Shown here in pieces: positions 39,955 to 52,108 of a stretch of DNA of 64,000 nucleotides; the stretch's first letter is position 1, and each line of letters starts with the position of its first letter. The stretch is from positions 128,001 through 192,000 of the forward strand of contig OZ250173.1 of NCBI GenBank assembly GCA_965238075.1, given 5' to 3'. This DNA is from Candidatus Entotheonellaceae bacterium (GTDB lineage: Bacteria; Tectomicrobia; Entotheonellia; Entotheonellales; Entotheonellaceae). The translations under genes were made by a program, and so were the position numbers. Under the pieces are notes generated by a model that worked only from the letters and a program-made list of their open reading frames with translations, was not told where the DNA came from and did not search any database.

Positions 39955-40162
39955 AGGGGTTGACACCTTAACAACCCACATACGCCCGTTCTCAGCCGAG
40001 TGAAGCCGAGGTCTTGGAAGGCGTCCGCAGCCTCAAGCAGTGGTACAACGACAACGGATACGAATTAAAGGGGAGCGACGGCATAGGCAGCCCACGCCTG
40101 AGTAGGAAATTCCCGTCTCTCGGATAAGGCGGCCTCGGTGCCCGGTCAAGGTGTCAAACCCT
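39955..40162. mobile_element. Possible ~208-bp miniature element
   Basis: AGGGGTTGACACCTTAAC ... GTCAAGGTGTCAAACCCT, a 16/18 inverted repeat. Confidence 0.45.
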
Positions 40163-40736
40163 GCCCGGATCGCTTCAGTGGATTCGTGCCGTTGGCGGCA
40201 CTGATTCCCCGCTCACTTCTTGCCGGAGCGGCGTGCAGTCTGGCCGGCGCCGTGGGTCAAGCGCTTGGAAGTGCCGCTACATGAGCGGCGTCGAAGGGGT
40301 TGCTAAGTGGATTTTCCCGGGAGGCGTTGCGAAGAACGAAGGCGCGGCTAAACAAGAACATCAGTAGTGAGCAAATCAGACGTGAGAACAGAGAGAGGAT
40401 GCACATGCTCTCTGACCTTTTCAACCCTGTCAGGAGAATTGGCACTCTCAATTTGGGGAAGGGAATATCGACATCTTCCATGTCCAAGTGGCTATCACGG
40501 TTGGCCCGACAGCAATTCGCGTGCATTCCGGAGCTCGAGATCCTGTTTGAGTGTTCTGAGACGGCATTTGCCTGACAGGTTGACCTGCCCAGAGGCGTGG
40601 TCATACCTGGGAATACGACGGGGCGTGGCCGCCATGGAACGGCTGCTGCACGGACCCATGAATGCGCGGGCAGCCTATATTCCCGGCATATCCTGGAAAT
40701 CGATGTCGGCGAAGCAACAGAAGGGGAAAACACGCT

Positions 40737-41717
40737 ATGGATCCGGCGGCGCTACACCGAGACGCGATCGTTTTCGACGGGCTGATCGTTGCCAACTGGA
40801 GCCGCGAGGTGTTCGAAGACATGCGCCGCGGCGGCTTGACGGCGGCGAACTGCACATGCTGTATATGGGAAGACTTCGCCGACACGATGAAGAACATCGC
40901 CCGCTGGAACGCTTGGTTCCGGGAGCACGACGACGTCATCCTCAAGGTTCGCACCCCTGCCGACATTGGCCGGGCGAAGGCCGAGGGCAGGACCGGAATC
41001 GTCCTCGGATTCCAGAACGTCTCCGCCTTCGAGGACCAGCTCGGCTACATCCAGCACTTCAAGGACGTCGGCGTTGGCGTCGCCCAGCTGGCCTATAACA
41101 CGCAGAACCTCGTCGCCACCGGGTGCTATGAATCAGAGGACCGGGGGCTGAGCGATTTCGGGCGCGAAGTCGTCGCGGAGATGAATCGGGTGGGCATTTT
41201 GTGCGACCTGAGCCACGTCGGCTCGAAATCATCCAAAGACACGATCCTCGCGTCGGACAAACCCGTCGCCTACACCCATTGCCTGCCGTCGGGGCTCAAG
41301 GCGCATCCGCGCAACAAGTCGGACGAGGAACTGCGGTTCATCGCCGATCACGGTGGCTTCATCGGCGTCACGATGTTCCCCCCGTTCCTGAGGCGTGGCA
41401 TCGAGTCCACGGTGGATGACTACGTGGAGGCCATCGATTACGTGGTCAACGTCGCGGGCGAGGACAGCGTCGGCATCGGCACCGACTTCACCCAGGGCTA
41501 CGGCCGGGAATTCTTCCACTGGATCACCCACGACAAGGGCTACGCCCGGCGGCTCACGGAGTTCGGCGAAATCGTGAACCCGGAAGGCATCCGGACCATC
41601 GGCGAGTTGCCGAGCCTGACCGCCGCGATGGTTCGGCAGGGTTGGCCGGAGGAGCGAATCCGGAAAATTATGGGTGACAACTGGCTGGCACTGCTCGCCC
41701 GGGTCTGGGGCGAGTAG
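40737..41717 (+). CDS. Membrane dipeptidase (peptidase M19) family protein
   Basis: GFQN, QLAYN, DLSHVG, HPRNKSDE, VGIGTDF. Confidence 0.9.
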   Translation: MDPAALHRDAIVFDGLIVANWSREVFEDMRRGGLTAANCTCCIWEDFADTMKNIARWNAWFREHDDVILKVRTPADIGRAKAEGRTGIVLGFQNVSAFEDQLGYIQHFKDVGVGVAQLAYNTQNLVATGCYESEDRGLSDFGREVVAEMNRVGILCDLSHVGSKSSKDTILASDKPVAYTHCLPSGLKAHPRNKSDEELRFIADHGGFIGVTMFPPFLRRGIESTVDDYVEAIDYVVNVAGEDSVGIGTDFTQGYGREFFHWITHDKGYARRLTEFGEIVNPEGIRTIGELPSLTAAMVRQGWPEERIRKIMGDNWLALLARVWGE

Positions 41718-41786
41718 GCTGGCAAGCCGCACCGGAAGTACCCGGCATGGCGTGGTTGGCCCATCCGTCGGCCGCCAGCAGAATCC

Positions 41787-41986
41787 CTAAGCCCGACGGA
41801 CCAAGGCGTGGGGCAAGCTGCGTGAGTTGACGATAGATTGCAATGGCTTTCGAGTCTGCTCATGCAATTCTGAAGGAGCCAACGGGCGTCCTGTTCGCAT
41901 CGGTTTCTCCTCTCTGGCAATATGTTTTGAGGAGGAATCTAACTCGCAGAACTGTATGATGCTGGATATTTCAACGACAAGACACT
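41787..41986 (-). mobile_element. IS630 family left end and transposase N-terminal stub
   Basis: MRTGRPLAP...SRSLPHALVRRA* from the ATG at 41900; end AGTGTCTTGTCGTTGAAATAT. Confidence 0.7.
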
Positions 41987-42051
41987 TCCAGTTCCAACTG
42001 TTCCTTGGGTGGATTTGATCGCGCCCTCGTTTGCAGAAAGGAGTCCACGTC

Positions 42052-44103
42052 ATGTGCAAGGTACGGCTCACGCGGAAGCAGTACGGCGTCCTGGTTTGCC
42101 TCATCCTAACACTCGTTGCACTGGCAATAGATGGCGGGGTAGCGCGACGGGCGTCGGCACAGGGCGGGGGTACGCTGATGGGCCGGCTGGAGGGGCCGCG
42201 GGTTATCACGGACCGGGAACAGTTTCCCAGACGTTTTCACGAGGCGCCCGCTCTGGCGGACCTGGTGCAGCAAGGCGAGCTGCCGCCAGTGCAGGAACGC
42301 ATCGGTTCAGATCCCCTGGTGATCGAACCGGTGCGGGAGATCGGCAACTACGGCGGCATCTGGCGGCGCGGTTTCAGTGGACCCGCCGACTTCTGGAACG
42401 GTTACCGTTGTTGTGGGCACGACAGGATCCTGTTTTGGGACTATACCGGGAATATCGTCGTGCCGAATGTTGCCAAAGGATGGGAGATCTCGGAGGGCGG
42501 ACGTGTCTTCACCATCTTTCTACGCCGCGGCATGAAGTGGTCTGACGGCCATCCTTTTACGGCGGACGACTTCATGTTCTGGTACGAAGATATCTACCAA
42601 CACGACGAGCTGGTTCCGACGAAAACGCCCATTCTGGCCATTGATGACAAACCGGGCAGGATGGAGAAGGTAGACGATAGTACCATCCGGTTTGTCTTCT
42701 CCCAGCCCTACTACGTCTTCCTCGATATGCTGGCAGGTGCGACGGCGCTTGGCGGCCACAGCTACCAGGGACGCAGTCTCATGGGCGGCTTTGCTCCCAA
42801 ACATTATCTGCAGCAGTTTCACCCCAGGTACGTCGGGCAAGAAGCGGTGGACCGATTGGTCAAAGCCGCCGGGTACGATAACTGGGCCAGTTTCATGAGA
42901 TTCATCAACGATTGGTCCCTCAACCCAGACTTGCCTGCCGTGACCGCCTGGCAGACCACCAGGCCGATCAACACCCCTATTTGGGTGCTCGAACGCAATC
43001 CCTATTTCTATATGGTGGACACCGCCGGTAACCAGCTTCCCTATATCGACAAGGTGGTCCTGACGCTGGCAGAGAATCTCGAAGTCCTCAACCTGCGCGC
43101 CATTGCCGGCGAGTATCATTACCAGTCCCGGCATATCGATATCAGTAAGCTGCCGGTCTTTCTGGAAAATCAGCGGCGCGGCAATTATACCGTCTCCCTC
43201 GATCCGGCAGACAGTGGCTGCGACGCCTGTCTCTTCTTCAACCAGACCTATGATGCAGACCCGGAAATCGCCACTTGGTTACAAAACCGTGACTTTCGTA
43301 TTGCCTTGTCTCATGGGATAGACCGCGAGCAGTTGAACGAGGCCTTCTGGCTGGGTCTCGGCACCCCTGGGTCACAAGTGCTGGCCGAATCGTCGCCGTA
43401 TAATCCAGGGCCGGAGTACCGTACGATGCATTCGACGTACGATCCGCAGCGGGCCAATCGGATGCTGGATGCCTTGGGCCTGACTCGCAAGGACAGCCGG
43501 GGCTACCGCCTGCGGACGGATGGCAAGGGTCGCCTGCGTCTTGAAATGTCCACCGTCGGGGGCCAGTTTCTGCAGTTCACGCAGATTGCGGAAATGATTC
43601 GGGAGCAATGGGGCAAAATTGGCATTCAGGCAGACGTCAATGAAATCGAACGGAGCCTGGCAATTACACGCGTGGGCGCCAATGAGCTTCAGATCCACCT
43701 GTGGCAGAACGACGGTACCGAACACCCCTTTACCTTCCCGGCGCATCTCTTTCCATTCACCCCCAGCGGCCTCGGCGGTTCCAACATCGGGCCCCTATGG
43801 AGTCGCTGGTTCCGCACCAACGGGGTGCAGGGCCGAGAGCCTACTGCCCCCATGAAAAAACTGATGGCGCTTTGGAAACAGGGATTTACAGTCCCTGATG
43901 CGCAGCGTATCGAGATTGGCAAAGAAATTTGGCGCCTGGCTGTCGAGCAGCAATGGGCCCTCGGCACGGTCGGCCTCTCCCCGGCGGGTATGGGGGTGCG
44001 AATCGTCAGCAATCGCTTGGGCAATTCTCCGGGTCGGCAATACAACAGCCCAGATGGTATGACGCCAGCGCCGTCGCGCCCCGAAACCTTTTTCTTCAAG
44101 TAG
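42052..44103 (+). CDS. Peptide/nickel ABC transporter substrate-binding protein (family 5)
   Basis: LPPVQERI, GMKWSDGHPFTADD, RNPYFYMVDTAGNQLPYID. Confidence 0.9.
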   Translation: MCKVRLTRKQYGVLVCLILTLVALAIDGGVARRASAQGGGTLMGRLEGPRVITDREQFPRRFHEAPALADLVQQGELPPVQERIGSDPLVIEPVREIGNYGGIWRRGFSGPADFWNGYRCCGHDRILFWDYTGNIVVPNVAKGWEISEGGRVFTIFLRRGMKWSDGHPFTADDFMFWYEDIYQHDELVPTKTPILAIDDKPGRMEKVDDSTIRFVFSQPYYVFLDMLAGATALGGHSYQGRSLMGGFAPKHYLQQFHPRYVGQEAVDRLVKAAGYDNWASFMRFINDWSLNPDLPAVTAWQTTRPINTPIWVLERNPYFYMVDTAGNQLPYIDKVVLTLAENLEVLNLRAIAGEYHYQSRHIDISKLPVFLENQRRGNYTVSLDPADSGCDACLFFNQTYDADPEIATWLQNRDFRIALSHGIDREQLNEAFWLGLGTPGSQVLAESSPYNPGPEYRTMHSTYDPQRANRMLDALGLTRKDSRGYRLRTDGKGRLRLEMSTVGGQFLQFTQIAEMIREQWGKIGIQADVNEIERSLAITRVGANELQIHLWQNDGTEHPFTFPAHLFPFTPSGLGGSNIGPLWSRWFRTNGVQGREPTAPMKKLMALWKQGFTVPDAQRIEIGKEIWRLAVEQQWALGTVGLSPAGMGVRIVSNRLGNSPGRQYNSPDGMTPAPSRPETFFFK

Positions 44104-44114
44104 AGGTCCTATCG

Positions 44115-45101
44115 ATGTTTGGCTATATCCTCCGCCGTTTGTTGATTGCGATGGGCACGGTATGGATGATCTCCATGATCGCCTTCGCGATTATTCAGTT
44201 ACCTCCAGGGGATTACGTCACGTCCTATATTGCCCAATTGATGGCGACCGGGACGTTGGTGACACAAGAGGAAGCTGAGAACCTGCGCATTCAATATGGT
44301 CTGCACCAACCCTTGTACGCCCAATACGCCAGATGGGTATGGCTCATAATGCAGGGCAATTTTGGCGTCTCAATGGAATGGCAACGGCCGGTGCTGGAGG
44401 TGATTGGCGATCGTCTCCTGCTGACCGCTTTACTGGCCTTTGCGGCGGTCATTTTTACCTGGGTTCTGGCCATCCCAATTGGCATCTACTCGGCGGTGCG
44501 GCAATACTCCATCGGGGATTACATTTTTACGTTCATTGGCTTCATTGGCCTTGCGGTGCCGAGCTTTCTGCTGGCCTTGGTGGTGATGTACCTGACGTTT
44601 GCTTATTTCGGTGCCAGTATCGGTGGCCTGTTCTCAACGGAATACCTCGATGCCCCATGGAGCCTGGCCCGTGTGTGGGATCTCTGCAAGCATTTGTGGA
44701 TTCCGGCGCTTATTCTTGGCACGGCCGGTACGGCCCAACTGGTGCGCATTCTGCGTGCCAATCTGCTGGACGAGTTGCGCAAACCTTATGTCGTGACGGC
44801 CCGCGCCAAAGGGCTTTCAGAGCTGAGAACGATCCTCAAGTACCCGGTACGGGTAGCCCTCAATCCGTTTATCAGCACGATTGGCTATACCCTGCCCTTT
44901 CTCGTCTCCGGCAGCATCATCGTCTCTATCGTGCTGAGTCTGCCAACTGTGGGGCCCCTGCTGCTCAAGGCCCTCATCGCCCAGGATATGTTTCTGGCTG
45001 GAACCATCGTCCTGTTGCTCGGACTCATGACCGTCATCGGCACCTTGATCTCCGATATTCTCCTGGTCTGGATCGATCCGCGCATTCGTTTGGAGGAGTA
45101 A
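44115..45101 (+). CDS. Peptide ABC transporter permease (DppB-like)
   Basis: QLPPGD, RANLLDEL...YVVTARAKGL, DPRIR. Confidence 0.9.
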   Translation: MFGYILRRLLIAMGTVWMISMIAFAIIQLPPGDYVTSYIAQLMATGTLVTQEEAENLRIQYGLHQPLYAQYARWVWLIMQGNFGVSMEWQRPVLEVIGDRLLLTALLAFAAVIFTWVLAIPIGIYSAVRQYSIGDYIFTFIGFIGLAVPSFLLALVVMYLTFAYFGASIGGLFSTEYLDAPWSLARVWDLCKHLWIPALILGTAGTAQLVRILRANLLDELRKPYVVTARAKGLSELRTILKYPVRVALNPFISTIGYTLPFLVSGSIIVSIVLSLPTVGPLLLKALIAQDMFLAGTIVLLLGLMTVIGTLISDILLVWIDPRIRLEE

Positions 45102-45104
45102 CCG

Positions 45105-46259
45105 GTGGCCAAAAACGCGCTCGTACACGGCGTCGAAGAGCCCAGGGCAGTAGACGCGACAGACGTTGGTGAACGACTGTATGTGGCCTCGCAATGGCAG
45201 CTGATGTGGTGGCGATTTCGCAAACACCGCCTGGCCATGGCGGCCGGGGCAGTCGTCGTACTTTTCTATCTGATCGCCATTGGCGCCGATTTTGTGGCCA
45301 CAACGAATCCCAATCTCTCCGATGCCCGGCGCTCGCTCATGCCGCCGCAGCGTATCTACTGGTTCGAGGGCTGGCGCATCAGGCCGCACGTCTACGCGGT
45401 GACGGGCAAACGCGACCTCCGAACGTTTAAGCGTGTGTACACCACCGATCCGAGCAAAAAGATCCCGGTGCAGTTCTTCGCACGCGGTTTTTCATACACC
45501 TTCCTCGGTCTGTTCCCTACCGACCGTCATTTGCTGGGCGTCGGAGAGGGGTATGAAGCAGCCCAAACCCTGTTCGTGCTTGGCACGGATGTTCAGGGAC
45601 GCGACCTGTGGTCACGCCTCCTGTTTGCTACGCGTATTTCCATGTCCATTGGCCTCGTTGGCGTCGCGCTCAGCCTGTTTCTTGGCATTTTGCTTGGCGG
45701 TCTCTCTGGTTATTACGGGGGCTTTGTGGATGGTCTCATCCAGCGCTTCATCGAGATCCTGCGCTCCATCCCGACCATCCCGCTGTGGATGGGTCTGGCT
45801 GCGGCGTTGCCACGCGACTGGTCCATCTTGCGGATTTACTTTGCCATTACCATCATCATCTCTCTGGTGGGCTGGACTGAACTGGCCCGCGTCGTGCGTG
45901 GACGTTTTCTGGCGCTGCGCGAGGAGGATTTTATTGTCGCTGCCCGCCTGGTTGGGTGCAGCCAGATGCGCATTATTTTCGTACACATGGTCCCGTCGTT
46001 CCTGAGCCATATCATTGCCGCCACCACGCTCGCCCTACCGGCCATGATTATCAGTGAGACCTCCTTAAGCTTTCTCGGGCTGGGCTTACGTCCCCCTGCC
46101 GTGAGTTGGGGTGTGTTGTTGCAGCAGGCCCAAAACGTCCAGACGGTGGCGCTCTCCCCCTGGCTGATGCTACCTGCCATTCCGGTTATCATCGTGGTCC
46201 TGGCGTTCAACTTCCTCGGCGATGGGTTACGTGACGCCGCAGACCCGTACGGACAGTGA
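45105..46259 (+). CDS. Peptide ABC transporter permease (DppC-like)
   Basis: LGTDVQGRDLWSRL, SLSFLGLG, GDGLRDAADP. Confidence 0.9.
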   Translation: MAKNALVHGVEEPRAVDATDVGERLYVASQWQLMWWRFRKHRLAMAAGAVVVLFYLIAIGADFVATTNPNLSDARRSLMPPQRIYWFEGWRIRPHVYAVTGKRDLRTFKRVYTTDPSKKIPVQFFARGFSYTFLGLFPTDRHLLGVGEGYEAAQTLFVLGTDVQGRDLWSRLLFATRISMSIGLVGVALSLFLGILLGGLSGYYGGFVDGLIQRFIEILRSIPTIPLWMGLAAALPRDWSILRIYFAITIIISLVGWTELARVVRGRFLALREEDFIVAARLVGCSQMRIIFVHMVPSFLSHIIAATTLALPAMIISETSLSFLGLGLRPPAVSWGVLLQQAQNVQTVALSPWLMLPAIPVIIVVLAFNFLGDGLRDAADPYGQ

Positions 46260-46275
46260 AGGATGGGATATTTTC

Positions 46276-47337
46276 ATGATGGATGATGCCAACACCCCTC
46301 TTGCCTTTCGTTCCTTCGGCCCTCCCCTTCTCTCCGTCCGCAATCTACACACGTACTTCCCTCAGGAAGAAGGGACGGTCAAGGCCGTCGATGGCGTCAG
46401 CTTCGATCTCTACCCCGGCCGCACGCTCGGTATTGTAGGGGAAAGCGGCTGTGGGAAGAGCATGACGGCCCGGTCGATCTTGCGAATTATTGACCGCCCC
46501 GGGCGTATTGTCGCCGGGGAGATCCTGTTTCGCCGCCGGAAAGCGTCGGCCATGTCGCCAGACAGCATGATCGACCTGACGCAACTCGATGCCAACGGCG
46601 ATGATATGCGGGCGGTCCGCGGCGCCGAAATCGCCCTCGTCTTCCAAGAGCCGATGTCATCGTTCAGTCCGGTCCATACGATAGGCAATCAGGTTGTCGA
46701 AGCCATCCTGCTGCACCAGAAGGTAGGCAAACGGCAGGCACGGGCACGCGCCATCGAGGTGTTTCGTCAAGTTGGCATTCCCCTCCCTGAGCAGCGTCTC
46801 GACGCCTACGCGTATCAATTGAGCGGTGGCCTGCGTCAACGCGCCATGATCGCCATGGCCCTGGTGTGTAACCCCAGCCTGCTTATCGCCGACGAGCCAA
46901 CCACGGCGCTGGATGTCACAACCCAGTCGCAGATTCTGGATCTCTTACGCCACCTGCAACAAGAATACGGTATGGCCATCATGCTCATTACCCATGACCT
47001 CGGGGTCATCGCTGAGATGGCGGATGATGTCGTGGTGATGTATCTCGGACGCGTTGTCGAGCACGCACCGGTTGACGAACTCTTCCATGCGCCCAAGCAT
47101 CCCTACACGCAAGCCCTGTTACGCTCGATTCCCCATATCCGCTCCCGCCCGCGTGAGCGCCTGGCATCTGTTGCCGGGGTCGTGCCGCATCCGTACAACC
47201 GCCCGACCGGGTGTCCGTTTCACCCACGCTGCGAGTCGTTCATGCCGGGTGTTTGTGACCGGCAGGCGCCAAGCCTGTTGCCAATCGGCGAGCAACATGA
47301 CGTGAGTTGTGTGCTTTACCACGAGGAGCGCTCATAA
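46276..47337 (+). CDS. Peptide ABC transporter ATP-binding protein (DppD-like)
   Basis: [28 protein letters not shown]. Confidence 0.9.
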   Translation: MMDDANTPLAFRSFGPPLLSVRNLHTYFPQEEGTVKAVDGVSFDLYPGRTLGIVGESGCGKSMTARSILRIIDRPGRIVAGEILFRRRKASAMSPDSMIDLTQLDANGDDMRAVRGAEIALVFQEPMSSFSPVHTIGNQVVEAILLHQKVGKRQARARAIEVFRQVGIPLPEQRLDAYAYQLSGGLRQRAMIAMALVCNPSLLIADEPTTALDVTTQSQILDLLRHLQQEYGMAIMLITHDLGVIAEMADDVVVMYLGRVVEHAPVDELFHAPKHPYTQALLRSIPHIRSRPRERLASVAGVVPHPYNRPTGCPFHPRCESFMPGVCDRQAPSLLPIGEQHDVSCVLYHEERS

Positions 47338-48401
47338 TGCGTGTGCAGAACGTTGAGGAGGCGGATGTGAGTGCGGAGAACGGCGGCGCCTTGTTGGACG
47401 TCAGAGACCTGCAGAAGCTCTTCCCGATTCACAAGGGCTTTTGGAAGCGGACCGTGGGGCATGTGCGGGCCGTTGATGGGGTGAGTTTCACCCTCAATGA
47501 GGGAGAAACGCTCGGGCTCGTGGGGGAGAGCGGTTGTGGCAAGACCACCACCGCACGCTGTATTTTGCAAGCGCTGAAGCCAACCCAGGGACAAATCTTG
47601 TTCCGCACGGAGGCGGGTGCCGTCGTCGATTTGGCCACCTTGGACAAAACCGAGCTGCGGGCGCTCCGACGAGAAATGCAGATGGTCTTCCAAGACCCCT
47701 TTACGTCTCTCAACCCGCGCATGACTCTGCTCGACATTGTGGGCGAGCCTTTACGAGTACATGGGATGAAGAAGCGCCGTGAACGCGAAGCGCGGGTGGC
47801 CGAACTCCTGCGTCTGGTTGGGCTGCGGGCGGAATACATGCGGCGCTTCCCGCACGCCTTCAGTGGTGGCGAACGGCAACGCATCGGCATTGCCCGGGCT
47901 TTTGCGCTGCATCCACGCCTGGTGATCGCCGACGAGCCGGTATCGGCGTTGGACGTCTCTGTACAAGCGCAAATTCTTAACTTGCTGCTTGACCTGCAAA
48001 CGGAGCTGCGACTGACCTACCTTTTTGTGGCGCATGACCTGAGTGTGGTGAAGCATATTAGCGACCGGGTGGCCGTCATGTATGTTGGGCAGATGGTCGA
48101 GTTGGCGCCCACTGAGCAGCTTTTTATGGCTCCCAAACACCCTTACACGGATGCCCTGCTTTCCGCCGTGCCTGAACCCGACCCGCGCCAGCGTACACGA
48201 CGCGTTGTCCTGCAAGGCGAGGTGGCCAACCCCGCCGATCCGCCCTCCGGGTGTTATTTTCACCCCCGTTGTCCACATGCAGTTGAGGTTTGCCGTACGC
48301 AGGCGCCGACGTGGGAAGAGGTCGCACCGCAGCATTTTGCGCGCTGTCACCGCGCCCAAGAGTTGCAACTCTTGGGTGTGGAAGGAGTCGCAAGGACCTA
48401 G
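47337..48401 (+). CDS. Peptide ABC transporter ATP-binding protein (DppF-like); start may be GTG 47367
   Basis: [32 protein letters not shown]. Confidence 0.9.
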   Translation: MRVQNVEEADVSAENGGALLDVRDLQKLFPIHKGFWKRTVGHVRAVDGVSFTLNEGETLGLVGESGCGKTTTARCILQALKPTQGQILFRTEAGAVVDLATLDKTELRALRREMQMVFQDPFTSLNPRMTLLDIVGEPLRVHGMKKRREREARVAELLRLVGLRAEYMRRFPHAFSGGERQRIGIARAFALHPRLVIADEPVSALDVSVQAQILNLLLDLQTELRLTYLFVAHDLSVVKHISDRVAVMYVGQMVELAPTEQLFMAPKHPYTDALLSAVPEPDPRQRTRRVVLQGEVANPADPPSGCYFHPRCPHAVEVCRTQAPTWEEVAPQHFARCHRAQELQLLGVEGVART

Positions 48402-48536
48402 GGCCTGTGGGTCAATAGCGGCACCTCGCCGGGCGCAATGCCGCAATTGTCGACATAAGCGCCCATGCGTGCCATTTGAGTTGCCTGGCGACCCAAGAAA
48501 AGGCGTTTGATCCCTTCCGAGTCACAACGCCATCAT

Positions 48537-50156
48537 CTATTCGCTTGTCAACGGACCAAACCGTGCCGGCGGCTTGCGGTGTTGGGTGCCTTGTTCATAA
48601 GCATACGTATACCGGACGAGCTTACCTTCTTCGAACTCCTTCGCGATAAAGGTCAAGCCGGTTGGCAACCCATGATCGTTCGTGAATCCCGTGGGGACCG
48701 CGATGGCGGGCATGCCGGTGTGAGGGGAAATATGCTGGCTGTTGTCGCCATTGGGACTGTCCATGTCCCCGATTTTCCGAGGCTGATTGCTCCAGGTGGG
48801 GTAGACGAAGGCATCTACCTCGTGCTTGTCCATGGCTGCCTGAATCGCATTGCGAAACTCCTGGTTCTTCGCTTCGAGCTTTACACTCGTACAACTTCGT
48901 TCCGCAGGGTTCAGGTCTTGTTCCAGCGCAAATTTCATGCGTCCGTCGATATAGGGAAGATACAAGCCTGACGCGACGACTTCTCCCAGTTTTTTATAAG
49001 GTGCCTCAGGACCCAAGGTATCGAGATAGTTGTTGAAGTCAAAACGGAACGTGTTACACCATAGACGCCATGGGTCCGATTTGTCTTTCCCGTGGATCAT
49101 CTCTTCGAATCTGGGAATATCCATCTCAACCATGGTGGCGCCCAGGGCGCTCAAGTCTTCGACGGCTTGGTTGGTTAAGCGCCTGATCTCGGGGTCTGTG
49201 GTTTCCTGATTGAGGTGATAGCGAAAAACCCCGATGCGGGCACCCTTCAAACCATCCTTATCCAGAAACTTCAGGTAAGAATCCTCCACTCGACCGATGC
49301 TGGCCTCCGTCACCGGGTCCTGGGGATCATGCCCCGCGATCACCTCCAGAACGCGCACCGCATCCTCGACGGTACGACACAACGGCCCGCCGATGTCATT
49401 ACGCAAGAACAGCGGGATGATGCCGTCGCGGCTGGTCAGCCCCATCGTCGAACGTATCCCCACCAGACCGTTATGCGAGGACGGCCCGCGAATGGAATTC
49501 CCCGTGTCCGTGCCGAGTCCGATCACCCCCAGGTTGGAGGCAATCGCCGCCGCCGTACCCCCACTGGAGCCGGCCGGGACACGACTCAAGTCGTACGGGT
49601 TTCGGGTAATGCCATCGATAGAACTGACCGTGACGTAAGGACTGAAAGCCAATTCCGCCATATTGGACTTGCCGAGAATAATCGCCCCCGCCTCGCGAAG
49701 CTTCTTGATCTGGAACGCATCGTCAGGCGGCAGGGAGCCTTTGAGAGCCAAAGTGCCACCAGCAGTCTGCAAATCATACGTATCGTAATTGTCTTTCACG
49801 ACAGCCGGAATCCCGTGCAACGGCCTGAGCTGTCCCGTACGCTGAAATTCCGCATCCAATTCGTCCGCCCGGCTCAAGGCATTCGGGTTGAGCACAACGA
49901 AAGCATTCAATCTGGTGCTCTCGTCATAGGCCTCGATCCGATCCAAATACATCTGCACCAATTGCCGAAAGGTCAGATTTCCCGCTTTGACGTGATGGTG
50001 TATATCCGCAATCGTCGTTTCCATGATATTGAAGGTGTCCGACTGAGCAAGCGCCTGATCATTCACGATAAGGCCCTGCATGCCGAAGCTGAAAGCCATC
50101 ACGACAAATGCCATGGCCATTTCAAAAATCCGCAGCTTCTTAACAATTTGCCTCAT
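48537..50156 (-). CDS. Secreted amidase signature family enzyme
   Basis: Signal peptide; [27 protein letters not shown]. Confidence 0.9.
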   Translation of the reverse strand: MRQIVKKLRIFEMAMAFVVMAFSFGMQGLIVNDQALAQSDTFNIMETTIADIHHHVKAGNLTFRQLVQMYLDRIEAYDESTRLNAFVVLNPNALSRADELDAEFQRTGQLRPLHGIPAVVKDNYDTYDLQTAGGTLALKGSLPPDDAFQIKKLREAGAIILGKSNMAELAFSPYVTVSSIDGITRNPYDLSRVPAGSSGGTAAAIASNLGVIGLGTDTGNSIRGPSSHNGLVGIRSTMGLTSRDGIIPLFLRNDIGGPLCRTVEDAVRVLEVIAGHDPQDPVTEASIGRVEDSYLKFLDKDGLKGARIGVFRYHLNQETTDPEIRRLTNQAVEDLSALGATMVEMDIPRFEEMIHGKDKSDPWRLWCNTFRFDFNNYLDTLGPEAPYKKLGEVVASGLYLPYIDGRMKFALEQDLNPAERSCTSVKLEAKNQEFRNAIQAAMDKHEVDAFVYPTWSNQPRKIGDMDSPNGDNSQHISPHTGMPAIAVPTGFTNDHGLPTGLTFIAKEFEEGKLVRYTYAYEQGTQHRKPPARFGPLTSE

Positions 50157-50439
50157 GGCATACCTCCTTCTTGTTGCGACAAAATTGCGGCCAGGAGTCG
50201 GGATCTCGTGCGCTGCATGTTAAAGCGACCTTCCATGGTGTCAAGTCCTTTGTCTTCTCGATACCACGGCGGCGGCAAATGGCAGTTTCTGGCGACTATG
50301 TGAACAATGTGGTGGCCATGGCCCCAAGTGACCATTTTACGAACACCCAACCCTGCAGCTGGAGGCACAAGAGGTATCGGGTGGGGTTTTGGGGAGTGCG
50401 AGGTTGGCACAGACGGGCGAGCGCCGCGTCGGCCCGTGG

Positions 50440-50649
50440 GCGAGCCGCCCCGATACTGACTGCTGACTGACCGTTTCGGGATACACCCCAAGGCGCTCGG
50501 CAATATCGCCCCGGTGACCCCTTGCTGACGTAGTTCGTTTACCATCCAGTAGTCCTCTTGGGTGAGCATGCTTGCCTCCGGTTTCTTGGTGAAACCAGAG
50601 GGTTGCACGGGTCACTTGAGAGGACATCTTAAAATGCCGTTTTGGGGAC
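50440..50649 (-). mobile_element. IS21 family left-end and istA stub
   Basis: MLTQEDYWMVNELRQQGV, then DIAERLGVYPETVS in a shifted frame; abuts the IS3 end. Confidence 0.65.
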
Positions 50650-51877
50650 TGACCCTGCCCCCTAGTTCCTGCCATTGGATAGTAGAGTCTGTTCACGATC
50701 GTTGCTCTTCACAACGCCGCTGTTAGGGCCTGCGGCGTAGAGCCATGAAACAGCTCACGTTCAGCATGCCCGTCAATACACCTGAGGCCGGCGTAGATGC
50801 TTGGCGGCAGGCCGCCCAACGAACTGTGCGGCCGGATCGTATTGTAGTCCCGCCTCCAGTCTTCAATGAGGTTGCGCGCCTCGCCTAATGTCGTGCATAA
50901 GTGCTCATTGAGGCATTCGTCCCGCAGCCTGCCGATGAAGCTTTCGACGAAGGCATTCTGGGTCGGCTTGCCCGGCGCGATGTAATGCCAGTTGATCCTG
51001 GCTTCCTGCGACCCCTTGAGGACCGCGTGACTGGTCAGCTCGGTGCCGTTATCCGAGACGATCAGGATAGGCCTGCCACGCAACGAGACGATGCGCTCCA
51101 GCTCTCGGGCAACCCGAACCCCTGAGAGCGAGAAATCCGGCACGATGGCCAAGGCTTCGCGCGAAAAGTCATCGACGATGCACAAGGCCCGAAACCGACG
51201 CCCATCGGGGCGACTTGGCACGACCCTCGGCTTGCGCGTCCCTAAAGCTCGCTTGCGGCCCCGCCTACGTCGCACCGCAAGCCCCTCTTCACGATAGAGG
51301 CGAAAGAGCTTCTTGTGATTCACCAGGGTGCCCTCACGTCGTAACAGGATGCCCAAGCGCCGATAGCCAAACCGGCGGCGCTCGCCGGCCACCATCTTTA
51401 GCCGCTCTCTCAGGGCCGCGTCCGTACCCAGCTTCTTGTGATACTGGAACGTGGAGCGATCCAGCGCCACCAGCTTGCACGCCCGCCGCTCGCTCAAGCC
51501 GTGTATCGTCATCACGTGATGCACGGCTCTTCGCTTGGCGTCGGGCGTCAGAAGTTTTTTGTCGCCAGCTCCTTCAGGGCGGCGTTGTCCAGCATGGCCT
51601 CGGCCAGGAGTCGTTTGAGGTTGCCGTTTTCCGCCTCCAGGGCGCGTAGCCTTCGCGCATCGCAGACGGTCATGCCACCAAACTTGGCCTTGTACTTGTA
51701 GAAGGTGGCGTCGCTGATGCCATGCTTGCGGCACACCTCGGAGGTCTTCAAGCCCGCCTCTTGCTCGCGGATCATGGCGATGATCTGCTGGTCCGTGAAT
51801 CTACGCTTCATAGAGTCCATTCTCCCAACTCCAAGGGACTCTACATCGTCGCGGCCCGGATTCAAGGGGCTGGGTCA
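50650..51877 (-). mobile_element. IS3 family element (orfA 51811-51548, orfB to 50709, -1 frameshift A6C); probably defective
   Basis: TGACCC..CCCC inverted ends; [11 protein letters not shown] orf[25 protein letters not shown] orfB; the WSxDF segment is missing. Confidence 0.9.
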
Positions 51878-52108
51878 CTGGAGGTCCTCGAATCTGTCGC
51901 GGATGTTGCCCGGGGTGAAATACAGACAGAGCACGACGTCGTAAAGGCATCCTCGATGTGCCAGCGCGGCATCGCCCACAAAAATTCGGGCATTGTCGAT
52001 ATGTTCTTTTCGCCAGAGGGCACGAGCGGCTTCCGCGATGGCCGAGGCCCGCAAGACCGCTTCTCCATGCACGAATGCCCTGGCAAGAACACGAACTCGC
52101 CAGGGCAC
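51878..52108 (-). pseudogene. Possible SAM methyltransferase fragment cut by IS3
   Basis: NARIFVGDA...YDVVLCLYFTPGN resembles class I MTase motifs. Confidence 0.3.

Noticed and set aside
40400-40470. MLSDLFNPVRRIGTLNL as the start of an old-yellow-enzyme gene
   Set aside because: Similarity is too short and does not continue in any frame I could follow
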